A stretch of DNA of 64,000 nucleotides from Phoronis australis (taxonomy: Eukaryota; Animalia; Phoronida), in the NCBI GenBank assembly GCA_002633005.1, contig NMRA01000216.1, positions 115,499 through 179,498 of the forward strand, in the 5' to 3' direction. Shown here in pieces: positions 38,500-52,377 of the stretch. A program made the translations under genes and the position numbers. The notes under the pieces are model-generated. The model did no database searches. It was not told the DNA's origin and saw only the letters and a program-made list of their open reading frames with translations. The stretch's first letter is position 1, and each line of letters opens with the position of its first letter.

Positions 38500-39090
38500 G
38501 GAAGTTTTGATTTAGGCGTTAGGTGTAGGTTCAATGAATGTGTGTTTTTTTGTATTTGTGAACATGTTGGGAATGATAAAAGATCACTTGCTCGGCTGCA
38601 GCTGCAGCATTCTTCTTCAAGATGGCGGCCCCCTTTGCATTGGTGCATTGTTGGGTAGCGACTGAGAAATCGGTTGCGATTTCATTAGCAATTAAACACG
38701 CCAAAGTTGAAAAAATAGGTGACAGTACTTTTGGACCACATTTTTGGATCTGTATGAACTTTGCTTTCAGTATCTAATGCTCGCTTATGTCACGCATCGA
38801 CAGTAAGCAGTTTTGCCGGGGGTGAAAAGTGGCAATATTGTGTTTTGCCCCTTTTTTCTTAGCTTATCTTGCTTTTCAGTAGGAGTGAAAGGGTAAAAAA
38901 TGCAAGACAGAATAAAGTTTCTGTGCTTATCTGTAAGGCTTGTGATGTGAGATGACTCAAATTTTTTCCTTCCGTGCGTACGATTTTCGACACAATGAAG
39001 AAAGAATGACAAGTCCATTGATGTGTGTTCGGCTAGGCAAAACTCAGTGAGAACTGTGACAGTTTTGTTTCCCCTAAGGACGAGCATCAA
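38500..39090 (-). repeat. Inverted copy of the 27980-28705 repeat
   Basis: See 27980-28705. ORFs 27866..28324(+) and 38785..39090(-) give visibly similar translations. Confidence 0.85.
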
Positions 39091-42000
39091 TTTCAGTTAA
39101 TTCTACCCAATGGCTCAGGGAACATTTAGTTGGAAATCGACGATCTGTAATCAAATACAACCACTTTTGTTGATCAAACGTCCAAGATGTATATTCTATT
39201 CCAAAACCCGTTTCGGCGGATTGTGTTCTTATGGAGTCAGATCGTTCAGCATACAGGTATGAATTTTAGTTGACTTTTAAGTACTCTTTCATAGTAAAGT
39301 GTAGTACTCCTTTATTTGTACGTGAGTTGTATTATAATCCTAGATTAGTGTTAACAGAGAATTCTTGCGATGACGTAGACGAGAGTCAAACAATGTGCTT
39401 TAAAACCGTTCATTACATTTGGCAATTTATGACTTCAGTAACGTCAGGGTGACGTTATTAACCTATTGTGAGAACTAGATTTACATGTCTTCTCGATCAA
39501 TATGGGCTTTAACTGGTTCTGAGCATGAACAACTGTTTGGCAGCTCCCAGTCCAGTGATCAGAACTGGCTTCATTTTGGCAACCTTAGTTATAAACACTT
39601 TTAATAATATGGTTGTCACAATTTAAATTATAACTGTGATACTCTATTACTTCAAAATCTTAGTGATTTCATTTTAAATGTCACGGTAAGCAATTGGTCT
39701 AATTTCTGCATTATTCTGGGCTTTTTTCCTTTTTGTTTCTGTGCTGAAAACGAAATGTTATTCCTTTAATTTTGTATGATTTTCTTTTGCTGTCGTCATT
39801 TTCTTTGAGTTAAATATAGGTTATCCCACATACATAGGAATACTACTGACTTATCCTATCGAGAATTCATCACATCTGGGAATGTCCCAACGAGACCTTC
39901 GGTACATTCACAGTAAAAAAACATGAAGTATACTATTTCTGTATTTTCATATATATGCGACAATGCCCATCATTATATCTTTGCTTAATAAGTGATTTTT
40001 CGCTTTGTATACAAAAACCTAGCTATATCGCAAACACTTTTAAGTCTGGTCTGCAGGAGACTTGTGGGCACATCACGTGACCCTCTGCTAACCGTGCAGT
40101 TGCTCTAGTCACCGGGACCACATGTGGCGTGCTGACCAGACAAATCTTTGCGATATACATTTCCACATCGGTTTAAGAATTACATATTTATATAAACCTA
40201 GATATGATTCGTTTTCTGGATCGTCTTATACTTGTGGTGCAATAAAGTTTGTTATAATGATTTAGTGCGGACATTTTTTTATCTCTTATTCAAGTATTTT
40301 TTTGAAAAGTGAAGACATTTTTTCAACCAGTCGATAAAAACACTACAGTGTAAAGTGTCATTAATATCAATCCTGGACCTACTTGACACTAATGTGTTTC
40401 CATACGCACAGCGCCCTCTGTTAACGATTACTTTTCTCGGCTTTTCATCAAACTCATCGTGAACACCAGGTCTTAGTCGAAAAATATTAAAAAGCGGGAA
40501 ATCTAGACTATCGGCCTGTGGCGGGTAGCATAAAACAGTCCCAAAAGAGACTCGACTATGTTCCATAAATTTTTAGCGCAATTGTAGGCTATGTTTACTC
40601 ACTAATGTTACATTTTTTTATCATTTATCTTTATTATGAGCTCCTCTTCAAACATAGTCATCATAAATAATTAATGTGTCTCTTGAAAATGAAACATCTG
40701 CAACTCTCAAGAGAACGCCATTATGTCCTTATACACGATTTTTATGGCTTCCCTTGAGTAGTATGATCTTTTTGGGTCAATTAAGACTTGAATCAATTGG
40801 GTAATACTTATAGTAACTAAGTAATGCAGTGAAGGCCCCATGTGTTCTTTACCAGCGATGTCCTTTTTTGGCAAACTGGGATTAGCCATGTAGGAATTTG
40901 TGTGATGCAGGAATGTCCCTGCATCGTGGAGGGCAATGAAGGAATTCCTCCATAGTATTGTGAACTGACTGTATTTCGGGAGCAAGTTTTCTGTTATACA
41001 GAATTTGTTGAATGCACGACACTTTTCATTGTTCACGTTTATCTGCACGGTCGAGCTCACGTTGGACAAGCTTGCGCCTGTAGTCCCATGTGAACCGTTC
41101 GTTATCAGCTGCCCGGTCGTGTAACTTGAACTGACTGTACTTCGGGAGCAAGTTTTCTGTTATACAGTATTGTGAACATGTAGGAATTGCGCGAAGTGTG
41201 AATCCAATGTTGATCGAGTGTATGGTTGAATAAATAACAATAATTCGATGTCATAGCATGGGTCTCGAAACCTAAAACTATGGAAACCTTTTACTAAATC
41301 CGATTTTTTCACACAGTTAGATTCGTCCGACTAACCCTTCAGAGTAAGCAAAATATGCCAAAACGGCCAAAAACGGCCATCAAAGAGGCAATATTTCCCT
41401 CAGGACTTTTATTTCCCCTGCACAGCAACCGACGATCTACATTTGTGTTTGTTTAAAACAAGACAGTATTATACCGGAATGCAAAAACCTTTCATATTAA
41501 AAACATGTTTAAAATGATTATGTTACCAAGCCTACAAAGATTCTTAAAATGTCTACATCTTTGCGCTATAGGAATTCAGAGTATATTGACAGTTCCTACA
41601 CTGTCCCGCGCGGTGTATGGCTATTCATACATCGCGCAGATTCCTACGTGGTTTGGTATAATATAACCATATGACACTAGTCGATTGGTTTGCATTAAAA
41701 TCGATCATTGTATGACTGCAAAACAAGGCATCTTAATCAAAATGTCCATTCTCGGAGCATCTAGTGGATAGTTTTACCTAAACAACTCCACCACGCTTTG
41801 AGTAAAAAACTGAACGACTGATCTTTAGGTCGATCGAACGCCATCCTTCCATGAATTACTAAGCAGATATAATCAAAAATAAAACAATTACTGACCTTCA
41901 CACTCGGTGGAATGTTTGTAGAGAAACGTGAAAACGTACAACAGTTTGAGTATTAAAAGCTTTTAAGGGTCTATCGTAGGAATGAGCTTTTCCAATTTGG

Positions 42001-43387
42001 ATATTGAGCTAGCGGTCCCACTTATATGTATTGTTGTAAGCGCGAAGGCTTTTTGTGAGCGCCTTGTAGAGCCTCACATTGCCGTCTCTGTAGTACACTA
42101 GGCAAGTCTACTTGTACATGTATAGTGCCTACCAGACTAAGAGTTACCCTGGAGCAAGTCACTCCGGGAACCAGTTGTCACAGTAGCTGTAGTGTGGACG
42201 ATGGACAACTTGACACATGTGTGACAACACACCCAGCTCTTACAGAGGCAGGGAAAGTTGTTCGAGGGTAACTTGCTCTAGCAAGAGTTGTGGTCGTAGT
42301 ACAGATGCAAGGGGGAAGTAATTACTAGCAGTGCGCTTGCTCAGTTACACACATACACTGTAGGAGTGTCTAATCATTTTGCGCCATGTTTGTCTCAATG
42401 GGAAGAGTGTGTAGTGTGGATGCTCGGCTGAATAGGGGCAAGATGCTCTAGGCCATGTTGTTCTAGGGTAAATTCGTGGTGTGCTGGGCACGACTTGTAT
42501 TTAGCCTACAACATTTTTACTTGGCGAAGTTTGTTCGCACTCTACAGAGCACATTTTTCGACCGATTCGCACGAAATATGCATGCAACCTGCATCTCTAA
42601 AAAAGCTAGAAGCCTATTCTTTTTGACTATGATCAAATTCAAAATGGCGGAAGTGGAGGCCATTTTGTTTTTGAATTCAGATTCAAATAATTACTGAGGC
42701 CTAAATTTCTGAAGTACACGGATGAAAATCGGTACGATTATAGTAACAGACGCGTTCTACAAATGTGTCACAGATCCTTCACTTCCATTGAAAGATGGCG
42801 GAAATATCGGCCATTGCGCATGCACACCTCGATTTCGGGACAAAAATGTTTTGCCCTGTAGAAGGCGCATCGTAGGACTAATTGCTTGGAAGTTTTTCAT
42901 GTCTTAGTTAGTAGCTATTAGCGAGTGCTGCTTAACCGGGAGCTACTTTCAAGATGGAGGATATGACGCTTTTCATCCATTTTCAATAACGCCGGGATGC
43001 CATTTAAAACGTAATGAGTAAATGACGTGAATTTTGCATGTGGATTCTTTGAGGTATACTCTTTCGGATGACCTAATTTTTCTCAGACTTTCCGTTTTTG
43101 AGTTATTTGACTTTCAATTTCAAAAATATGCAAAATTTGAAGATATTCGAAAATTTTACGGAATTTTGTGAACCCACCATGTTAGATAGAATGTTAAAAG
43201 GGCTTTAGAAGATATTTTTCATTTTTCGCTAAGATAAGACGTCTACTTTTTGAATTATTCGATATTTTCTGAAACCGCTGTTCCTTTGTTGACTGGTCTT
43301 GCTGCACTCTTGTTGGTTTACCTTATATTGAACAAGACTGTAGCCTATTTCTAACTGATTTCTGACAGCTTCGTTCGTCATAGGAAT

Positions 43388-43455
43388 ATCATCATCATGC
43401 TCATCATCGCCACCACCATCATCATCATCATCGTCGTTGTCATTATCATCTTCAT
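43388..43455. repeat. Imperfect (CAT)n/(CAC)n microsatellite
   Basis: atcatcatcatgctcatcatcgccaccaccatcatcatcatcatcgtcg. Confidence 0.85.
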
Positions 43456-43696
43456 TGAGGTCCCTGAGCCCTTTCATCTTGGATTGTGGTCAGTGCTGCT
43501 ACTAGACAGTGACCACCGTCTCTAGCTGGCACAGTAGAGACGGTGTAGCTCTTATAGGCGCGTCATACGCCCGAAGCTTTACGGCGAATTATGCCTCTCA
43601 CCGACTAAAAGATCTGAGTCACGTTGCTATAAATACTTATGCGCATAGAAATACACCTTAAGAGGCTGTCGATGTCTTTTAATTCCTTTCAACTCG

Positions 43697-43905
43697 AATA
43701 AATACTCGTGTTTTCAAACTTTTTCATCGAGCAGTCGTTCGTTCAGTTCCCAAAATCGGTAACTGGCCATTTTAACACTGCGCACGCCAAGGGATATGAC
43801 GTCTTACCACCAGCCGCGCTCAGTGTTAAAAATGGCCAGTTACCTATACTGGGAACTGAGGAAGGACTGCTCGATGAAAATGTTTGATAACGGGAGTATT
43901 TGTTA
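43697..43905. mobile_element. Foldback (hairpin) MITE-like element, ~210 bp
   Basis: Nested complementary blocks ttttcatcgagcagtc/gactgctcgatgaaaa, tcagttccca/tgggaactga and ggtaactggccattttaacactg/cagtgttaaaaatggccagttacc, around a ~30-nt loop. Confidence 0.8.
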
Positions 43906-45369
43906 AGAGAAAGTAGATTTAAGTTCGCGGAAAGCGTTAGCTCTGAAGTTTCACGCATTACACGTTTGGTTATGCTTTCCTGTGGTTTGGTTTTAGGGAT
44001 CACTTTTTTCTCCTCGGTAAAGAAGGTAATTTCCTTCAGGAAATGGGGGAAATTTATCGATTATAAACGCCATCTAGGGTGAAAAAAAATTAATCCAATG
44101 TTACGCAAGAGAAAACTAAAAGAAAAATGCATCATAAAATATTTCACGTTAACAGTTTAGCCAGTGCCAAAACCCGTAATTAAAAACAATGCAATGATTA
44201 CAAAAATGTATCTAAAACACACTGTTTAACTGTAAACCAGGATTAAAACTCCAAGGTTTTCATAAGTGTATAAAGAAACACTGCTAGTATCCGGGACGAG
44301 AACTATGCCTTCGACTGCCGCCAACATCATAATAGCACTTATACTAACAGTAGGCTACCGGTAATTAAGCAAACCTGGGAGGTGTGCATTTATTTAATCA
44401 AATACAGACACTCACTTACATTGTCAACAGCTCATCAACAGTGTCTCAAAAATTTTAAAAATTCTAGTTTCATTGCACATCTGTTTTCCGAAAGCCATTT
44501 CTTACACACTGTTATTTATAAATTCACAGCGCTACTTTCCTTAAGTGCTTTATAAAACAAGCCTATTACTGAGCGTTGCTTACCCGTCTCCGAAGTAACG
44601 TAGAGTAAAATGATGCCGATATCGTTGACAAGATCACAAAGCACACGCAAGCTTGGAGACATATCTTGGAGACCATGTTGCCGTATCTGATCTGAGTATC
44701 GAAAATTTGGTGCTTGAAACTTGCCTGTGACAAACTTGTGACTGAATTAACCGTCGTGACTCGACGTATTTAAACAGTAAGCCAATTACACACCGGAAGA
44801 CAACCGTGACGCAAGTGATCTCTCCGCTGGGTATTGCCGATGTTGTGAAAGAGGAGTGAAACTTACTCTACGTAAACGATGTCATTTTTGAACAGTCAAG
44901 CGCCATTCCCAAACGGTTTAACATAATAAAAGAATAACACAGCGTAACTATTAAAAAGACGCCAGATTACTGGAGGAATTTCGGTTATAGTTATCAATGT
45001 CTTCAGGCCAATCTTTAGTCATCTTGGGAATACTGTGTCATCAGGCCAATAACACAAATTGTCTTCAAGTCTACGCCAGAAGGCAATGATTTCTCCTACG
45101 GGTAAATCGTAATCGTTCAAAAAATACAGAAAGTTAACGGTTTGAAAGAAGAAAATCAAATCGACTTTCGGCACGACGCACGCCCACACTTTGGGGTTAC
45201 GTTTACGTAAACAATCATGGTCTTCTTGTAGGTATATTAGTGTTATATTCTGAATCCGTGAACTTGGAAGATTATTCCTGAAGCTGGATGTTTTGCTGAA
45301 ATTTCATGAAAGACTTGATGACATTTCTACTGTCATGTGTGACTAAAGATTAAAAACGAAAATTTTTAA

Positions 45370-45910
45370 AGAGGCATGTTACGCAAAAGCTCGTCAAAAT
45401 ATCTTTTAAATACATCCTGACGGAAGTACCATCTAGCAAAGCCTATCACAGAGTAATTTATTTTCTCCTGTGTGGAATTGTCAGAAAATTCTCAAAATTC
45501 ACGATTTTTGAAATACGCGTTAAGGAAAAACTCTGTAGTTACCCTAGAGTTTCTAATCTCCCTCCCACTTATGATAAATGCGCGCATGCCCTCACAATCA
45601 CTTGCTCGAAGTCTCTTGAGGTCGAAGGTCACATTTTCCATATAAGGGAAATGTGTTACGTCTATGTCTTGCCATACCAAATAAGGAGACGTGCTTTGCC
45701 TTGTGGGAGAAAAGTCGACGAAGTGGTAAGCAGTTGACCGATCGTTTTTTTAATTTGAAATTAAGAGAAAATATTTTGATATCAACAGAAATTTAAAATA
45801 TTTACGAACAAACACTAAAAATACCTAGTGAGCAGGTTGAATTCTGTTTCAGTGGCAGAGAACCATTTTCAATATTGAAATTTAGTCTGTTTATCGCGTT
45901 CCAAGCCTCT
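45370..45910. mobile_element. 541-bp Kolobok-like MITE
   Basis: TTAA|AGAGGCATGTTACGC ... GCGTTCCAAGCCTCT|TTAA (12/15 TIR). A matching terminus, TTAAAGAGGCCTGGAATGCGATAAAC, lies at 11131-11156. Confidence 0.7.
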
Positions 45911-47894
45911 TTAAAAGAACTTTCTGCTAAATCGGTATGGATAGCAATCATGCAGCAACAGCAGCACCACCACCACCACTATCGCCTACCAGTGACGAGC
46001 CATTTGGTTTGAATTGATCACGTGGCATATGATATCCTGATGAAGTTTCCAATGATCTATGCCAACTTGAAACTCAAAATTCGCTTATGACGTTTTTACT
46101 GAGACTAAAATTGTGGGAAATCATCTTCGAAGTCATGATCTTTTGATTACTTGAACAGATTCCTTTTCCTTTTGCGACTTGACAACAAAATTTTTCATCG
46201 TGACCTTTAGGCAATGACTGCGGTTGTTAGTCTTCGCCTGTTCGACAGACCAAGTGGTTAAGCAATATGATTCGTTTGTATTGTAGATGTCGTCTTTAAG
46301 ATCCAATGAGATGTTTTAAGTGATTGAGGCGGCGGAACCGGCGAAGTCAATCAAGCGTACCCATTGCGATTAATGCAAAATCCTGGAACAGGTTGTATAA
46401 ATCTGTTCAACTTCATACGTTTTATTGACGCTTCACTGTCGCTGAGTATGTATTTAATTTGTTTTCCGTTAGAAAGCAGTTATTAATTTTCTAAATAGTC
46501 TACTTCGGATTCACGGCTGGTGTTTAGCTAAGCGTGATTCACGGACGTACGCGTAGACTGATGTTTGGCTTCTGGTCGTTTCTGACTCTAAATGCATAGT
46601 GTCGTTTCACACACAAACTCGTGACGATAATTTCGAATAAATGTCGTGGAAACCTCAACTCGCAATTGTCAATAATTTGCTTGTTGAAAAAAATCTAAGA
46701 TTGAAAGACTAGAGCTCAGTTCTCGAAATTTGGAAAATAGTGAGAACGCAAGCCCACAACTTTATGACGAAACTGCACAAATAAACGCGCATGCGTTGTT
46801 ACTTGTATGTCTACACAAGCAAATGCATGTATCTGAATCTGCCTGGAAAGGGAGGATTTACAATGAGCTAAAAACTACCTTGATGTCATCCGTAACACTT
46901 CATAATCTCAAGCTACATGATAACTTTTCCATATCAAATTTTACCGAAGGTTCAATAGCTGAACTTGGTCTTATTTGTCGTATAGTAATGCTCTTGGTGA
47001 ATGATCATAACAATCCTCACAGAATTTAGAATGAGTTCTTTGCATGTCAATCCGCGCCTACAAAGTCAACTTTCATACATGATATACTTTTGGAGTCATT
47101 AAAAACACCAAACGATTGATTAAAACATCGTCAACGGTCACTTAAATTAAACAAATTTCTATTTAATAGCCATTCTATGCAGGAATAATATCAATAAAAC
47201 TGTTTATGACGTTGTTGCATACTCCACGGAATTATATATCCTTTACACTAAAAAGCTATTTAAAAGTTGCACTCACCGTTTGCCAGAGAGGTAACTCTTG
47301 TATAATTTGTAGTTTGTAATTATGATAATAAGAACATAATCGTTAAGGCGATTTTGTATATCTTCTAATGAAACGATTTATGCTTAAGTAAAAAGCTTAA
47401 TTTCAACAAAAAAGTCAACCCGCGTTGAGTACTTTGATCCACGAGAATCCCCGGGTTTGAAAAGCTCATCAGAACTTCTCAGTGAGAGACTTGGTAACAT
47501 TTAAGTTTATCACCGACGCCACTAAAGACAGTCGATCATAATAGATTCAGTTAAATCGTTCTTGGTTACAAACATTACTCCCTCCCACCCCACTGATCGC
47601 TAGTCTCCCTCCTCAGCACCAGTCCCCGACGCCGTCTGGATTCCCCTCGCAACTAGTCCCCGCTTTCCACTACCTAGAAGTTTGAGACCAAGTTCACGAC
47701 CCGCGACAACTTGGCAAATTGCAATGGGCTACAGTGGCGTCTACCGTCAGCAACTCAAATCACGTTTTCCGGTTCACGGATATGACTTAACGTTTTTACT
47801 GCACTACGTACCGCCCAATTTCTTTCTCCTCCATCATTCCCACGCACTGCGTGTCCACCTCGAACAGTGACTTCTTGCGCTGGGACACTCAGTC

Positions 47895-49980
47895 GAAAGA
47901 CATTTTCAGCAAGCAAGGCAGCACAATCTGGCTAGAATTCTTCGACACTGAACCGAATATAATGTTTAGCATGTTGTGTAAAGAAACCAGAAAGAAGAAC
48001 CGTTTGCAGAAGTGACAAATAACTTTCGCACCAGTAATTTGACACGACATTTGGAATATTTAGAACACAATGTTTTGACAGGACAGTCGGAAGGAAGAAA
48101 CTATGAGGAGATGGCAAAAGAAGAATTTATGCAGTCAATTCCGCTTTAATAGCATTGTATTGGCTGTACAAGGAAAACCTATCCCTATCCTAATACTCGC
48201 TTCTTCTTCAGCTGTTGACAAACATCGAATTTTTAAACTGTAACGAAACTACTGACTACAGTAGTGTCTGGTCCGCCAATGGCATGAAGGTAGTGATCTC
48301 TAGAGTGATTGAAGATTGTATGACCAACGAAATTAAGCAATCACCAGTCATCACAGTCATCACTAGTGAAAGTATGGACATCGTTGTCAACCGCAAACTG
48401 GCCACCAACATTAGAACAGCTGACTCCATCACACTGACGCTGATGCCATTGTTCATGTCTGACGAACAACGTGATGCTGGAACTTAGGAAGCCACAAGAA
48501 CTCCAAAAACGAGGCGTATCCTTTTCGAAAGTGTATGGCCTTGGAACGGGTGGGGAGTCAGTGATGACGGGACGCAAGACAGGTTTAACCGGATAGTTTT
48601 TGCAAAGCAATCTTCATTTTGCCAACGCACATTGTGGTGCCCACAGAATGGCTTTGGTCTCCGAGCACACAGGTGACCCAAGTACGCGAGGTGAAACATT
48701 TCAGTATTTACTATTACTTTTACAAGTGACCAACTAAGGAAGCGGCTATTGCAGCTGTTCAGAAAGTCCTTGAGGAGTACGATGTTACGCCACAGAGAAT
48801 TTCACCAAGTGCGGTGGCTGTGTTTTTTCGAAGCGCTGGATGGTATCTATCTCATTCTAGAATCTCTGTTAGTATACTTTATCTCGAGGGTGTTAGAGGA
48901 TTCTACAGCGTAAGACCTCAAAAAGAAAGTTGCAAACGATCTATTCATCAAGACCTCATATGGGATGATGGATTGGCTACCTCCTATTAAAAGCTGTCCC
49001 AACTCTTTCACTGGAAGCATTTAGACATGTCTCATGTGCAAATATCTTTGTATACTATTTCTTACGTTAATGCTAATGCGTGTCACTTTGATTTTTAATA
49101 ATGGTCTAAAATATTGGCTATGAATCCAAACAACAAACTTATTTAAATGGTTATCCCTTGAACATCTTTAGTCTTTAAGCTCACAGTTAACTTTATATTT
49201 CAGATCAAGGTGCAATCGTGTATTCCGTACCTACAGATGATGAAAGAACGTTCGGAGAGTCAAGCGTCAACTTAATAGCTCAGCCTGTACGAAAACCCAG
49301 TTGATAGAAATGGCGGCAGTTTTGAGAGGGTCAATGCGCAATTCTTGCAAGGAATGATAGATAATTTTCGAAGGAGGTACAGTATATAACAGTTGCTTTA
49401 TAGACCCAGAGCCTGTTTAGTTAACAATAACTTACGGCACAAATTAGTCAAAGACTCACTGTAATAATTACTAATTACGTACTTTTTGAAAATAAAATGA
49501 ATTTGACTTCCTAGGTGGTAGTTTTCAGATTTCTTAACGAAAAGGCTATTATGATGTTTTCCGTTATGGGAATGAGGGCACTGAATTTCCTAGGAGACAG
49601 TTGGCTCAGTTTTACTCAAGTGAGAAGACACGCATAATCACGTCAAGCCATATATTGAAGCTTTGGTAGATGCTTCAGGAATGGCAACAGTGCAAGTCTT
49701 TGGTCAGAGACCGTTAAGTATCTTACTTTTGAGTTCTCCTGTCGGTGGGCAGGTATCATGCCGACAACATCCCTTACATTCTACGGCTGGCCTTTCTTAC
49801 TCTGGCTCATGCGATTCATTGGTGCGACAGCTAGAGATCTTTCAGTGTGCTAAAATATCGCTCTCACGGCACTTAGAAACCGTCTGTCTCCTGAGTACTG
49901 CGATTGTGTTATGCGAATAATCATGGAAGGTGAACCACTGAACTCGCGTGACTTCGGTGAAAGATCGCAAGACATTTGCT
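47895..49980 (+). pseudogene. Decayed hAT transposase, ZNF862/C17orf113-like, with intron-like interruptions
   Basis: Motifs in the expected order, with many stops and frameshifts: TTF-type zinc finger (WLEF..IMFSMLC..NNFRTSNLTRH..H), LYWLYKENL, SPVITVITSESMDI (DESTD), GLGTGGESVMTG (TDGASVM), HCGAHRMAL (HCxAHRL), QVRWL, and the C-terminal dimerisation segment RSFS..TALRNRLS..MRIIMEGEP. Confidence 0.88.
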
Positions 49981-51656
49981 CAGAAGTGGTAGAGACTGTT
50001 GGACGTCTTACCACAGAGGACAGAATGTTGTCGTACGTTATTTTTCTAGAATAGCGCAGTCGTTTTTCTTGTGATGCATTTGACGGTAGGATAACGCTAG
50101 ATGTTATACATGTATTAGTCTTTTGTTACTGCATTGGCATACGTGTTAGGCCCTGGTGACTCCGCTTGTCGATGTGTCATGCTAAATATAATTGATGCAC
50201 CCAAAGCTGTATTTTCCATATATTGGTACACGACTTGAAAAAAGACAAATGAGCAATGATAGACCAGATCATGTATATATATTTCACACTTGCCAGACAG
50301 ATACAGGTCTATCGACTCAACATTTGCAGCTAATAAACACAAGCACAGGCAAAGCTAAAGCACGCAAGCAGAAGTTGATGGCTCGTATGTTTCAAAATTG
50401 ACCCATGATTTGAGGGCCCATGGACCAATTGACCCATAGACACATTTTTCTAACATGAACCCTCAGCCCCCACCTACCCCATCACCCCCCAAATCCCCTA
50501 CCTATTATTCTTGCCAGTGTTGAGCCACGAAGAGCCACATCGCACTCGGGGATACTTGATCTCATAAACTCTTAACTTGCTATCGTTATAATGTTTTAAC
50601 AAAGCAAAACTTAAAATGACTCTCTGAATGGGTGTTTACCGACAAAACGTCTCTTTTCTTTCTGCGTCACCTCGGTGCAACTGCACTGAATCTAGTTATC
50701 GGCGACAGTACAGGAGAGAGCGAGACAGAGAAAGAGAACCAAAATTTATAACGTTACATTTTGCACACCACTGGCATCTAACGGTAGACATTAGAAGCTC
50801 GTACTATATTGAAAGTGAGAACAAGGAGTGTAGTACAATTGTGCTACACTCCTTGGTGAGAAACAGCGTGTTTTCGTAGGAGTAAAAAAGGAATGTTCAA
50901 AGCACCCCAGCACCAATAATATGCAAATTCAGGGACCAAATTGGCTTCATTTTGTAGGTAACGACTTGAATCACAATGTTTGGATTGCTCGCAGCGTGAA
51001 CACTCTGATGGGTGGCTAAATACAAAAACCTAATTAGGCCTTTCACTCTCATAAAATCGGTCTGATGATATTTCTTACCTCCACAGGATTCTTTTCATGT
51101 TACTAACAAGAATATTGAAACCATTAGTGACTTAAGAAAACGCCTCGGCGTATATTGGGTGGGTTTGCCCACCCCCAACATTGCGGATTTAAAGATGGCG
51201 AATGTGGACGTTTGCCTTGAGTTGTCCGGTCATTTGGTAATAATTCAAGATCGGATGACCTTGGTTATATGTGTTTTTGAACCCCACAACGTTTCGGTTA
51301 ATAATTCAGCATTCGCACTTATACAGGGGGAAATGCAATTTCAGTATTTTGATTCCTTATTCCCGAAATCAGTTGAAGTACGGCAAGTCTGTAGAAGCCA
51401 TATTATCGGCTAGTTTACATCAGATTATTTTTGATACGTCTGAAACGTTCCATTCACACATTGGGTTCCTAGTCATTTGGCGTGTAATCTGATTGCTCGA
51501 ACGACTTGCCCTTGCACAATCGGACGCGATGCTCTGCCTCAAATGTCAAATCATATTCACCTATTTCACGAAAGCGCCATCTTCCCGCGCCATCTTTAAA
51601 TACTGATCGAAAACGAGGCACACTGACAAAACCTCGTGAGTGATCATCAGCTGGCC

Positions 51657-51794
51657 ATGGTGTACTGTGCAGTGCCTGTGTGTACCAATTCCAGTAATAA
51701 CTCGTCGGTATCCTTCCACACTTTTCCAAAAGACGGAAATCTACAAAAGGAATGGCTCAGGAACATAAAACGGGACATCGGAAAAAAAGAATAG
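51657..51794 (+). pseudogene. Truncated THAP domain (MVYCAVPVCTNSSNNSSVSFHTFPKDGNLQKEWLRNIKRDIGKKE*)
   Basis: Strong Kozak context (gccATGG) and a classic THAP N-half (CAVxxCxN, SFHxFPKD, WLxxIxR). Stops before the C-x2-H. Too short for the ORF track. Confidence 0.85.
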
Positions 51795-52377
51795 CGTCGT
51801 AACAACTGCCTCAGACAGTATTCGGTCCGTTTTGTCCTACACGGGCGGTGTGGACAGATTACGGTTTCCTGAAAAGGTGGTGCAATTAACGCGTACAATA
51901 GGTAGCGCAGTGTGTCGGGAATGATTCAGGTGACAGACATAAGCGTGTCTTGAGATCGTGAGCGAACATGGTTCCGCGAGTTTTCGTGATTTTGTTGAAG
52001 CAAATAATGGTCTTGTTGAGATAAATATAGGGTGTTGTGAGAGAGCATGACACAATTTGTGGATGAGACCGCGTAATTTGTCTGAGACGTATGAGTAAGA
52101 GCGTTTCAAGTTGAGATAATGCATACGTAATGAATGTGAGAATTAACAGGCTCTAGGTCGTTGGCTTCTTACAAACAGTAAGGGAGTAGGCTACTTTGAC
52201 GTAGACAGCATTATCAAATATCTATGCATTAGAAACATGCTATCAAGAAACAATTGTACTTTGAAGCCAAAATCTAATAAGCATGACATGCTATCGGAAG
52301 TTGCGTACCACTTAACCAAAATTAATGCCGTCATTTTTTCTAAAGTTAGCAGAAATTACATATCTACTTGATATGAA

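Noticed and set aside
27866-39090. ORFs 27866..28324(+) and 38785..39090(-) as a duplicated gene pair
   Set aside because: Differences between the copies fall on all codon positions and are often non-synonymous, and no domain is recognisable. Better explained as a non-coding repeat.
40955-41185. ~45-bp direct duplication and 120-aa ORF 40707..41069
   Set aside because: The small local duplication is real but uninformative. The ORF has no recognisable domain or splice context.
42100-42475. Dispersed gcaag.tgctctag-like motifs suggesting a structured element
   Set aside because: Too degenerate to define a unit, termini or TSD.
43229-43477. Acidic poly-Asp ORF
   Set aside because: Translation of the (CAT)n microsatellite.
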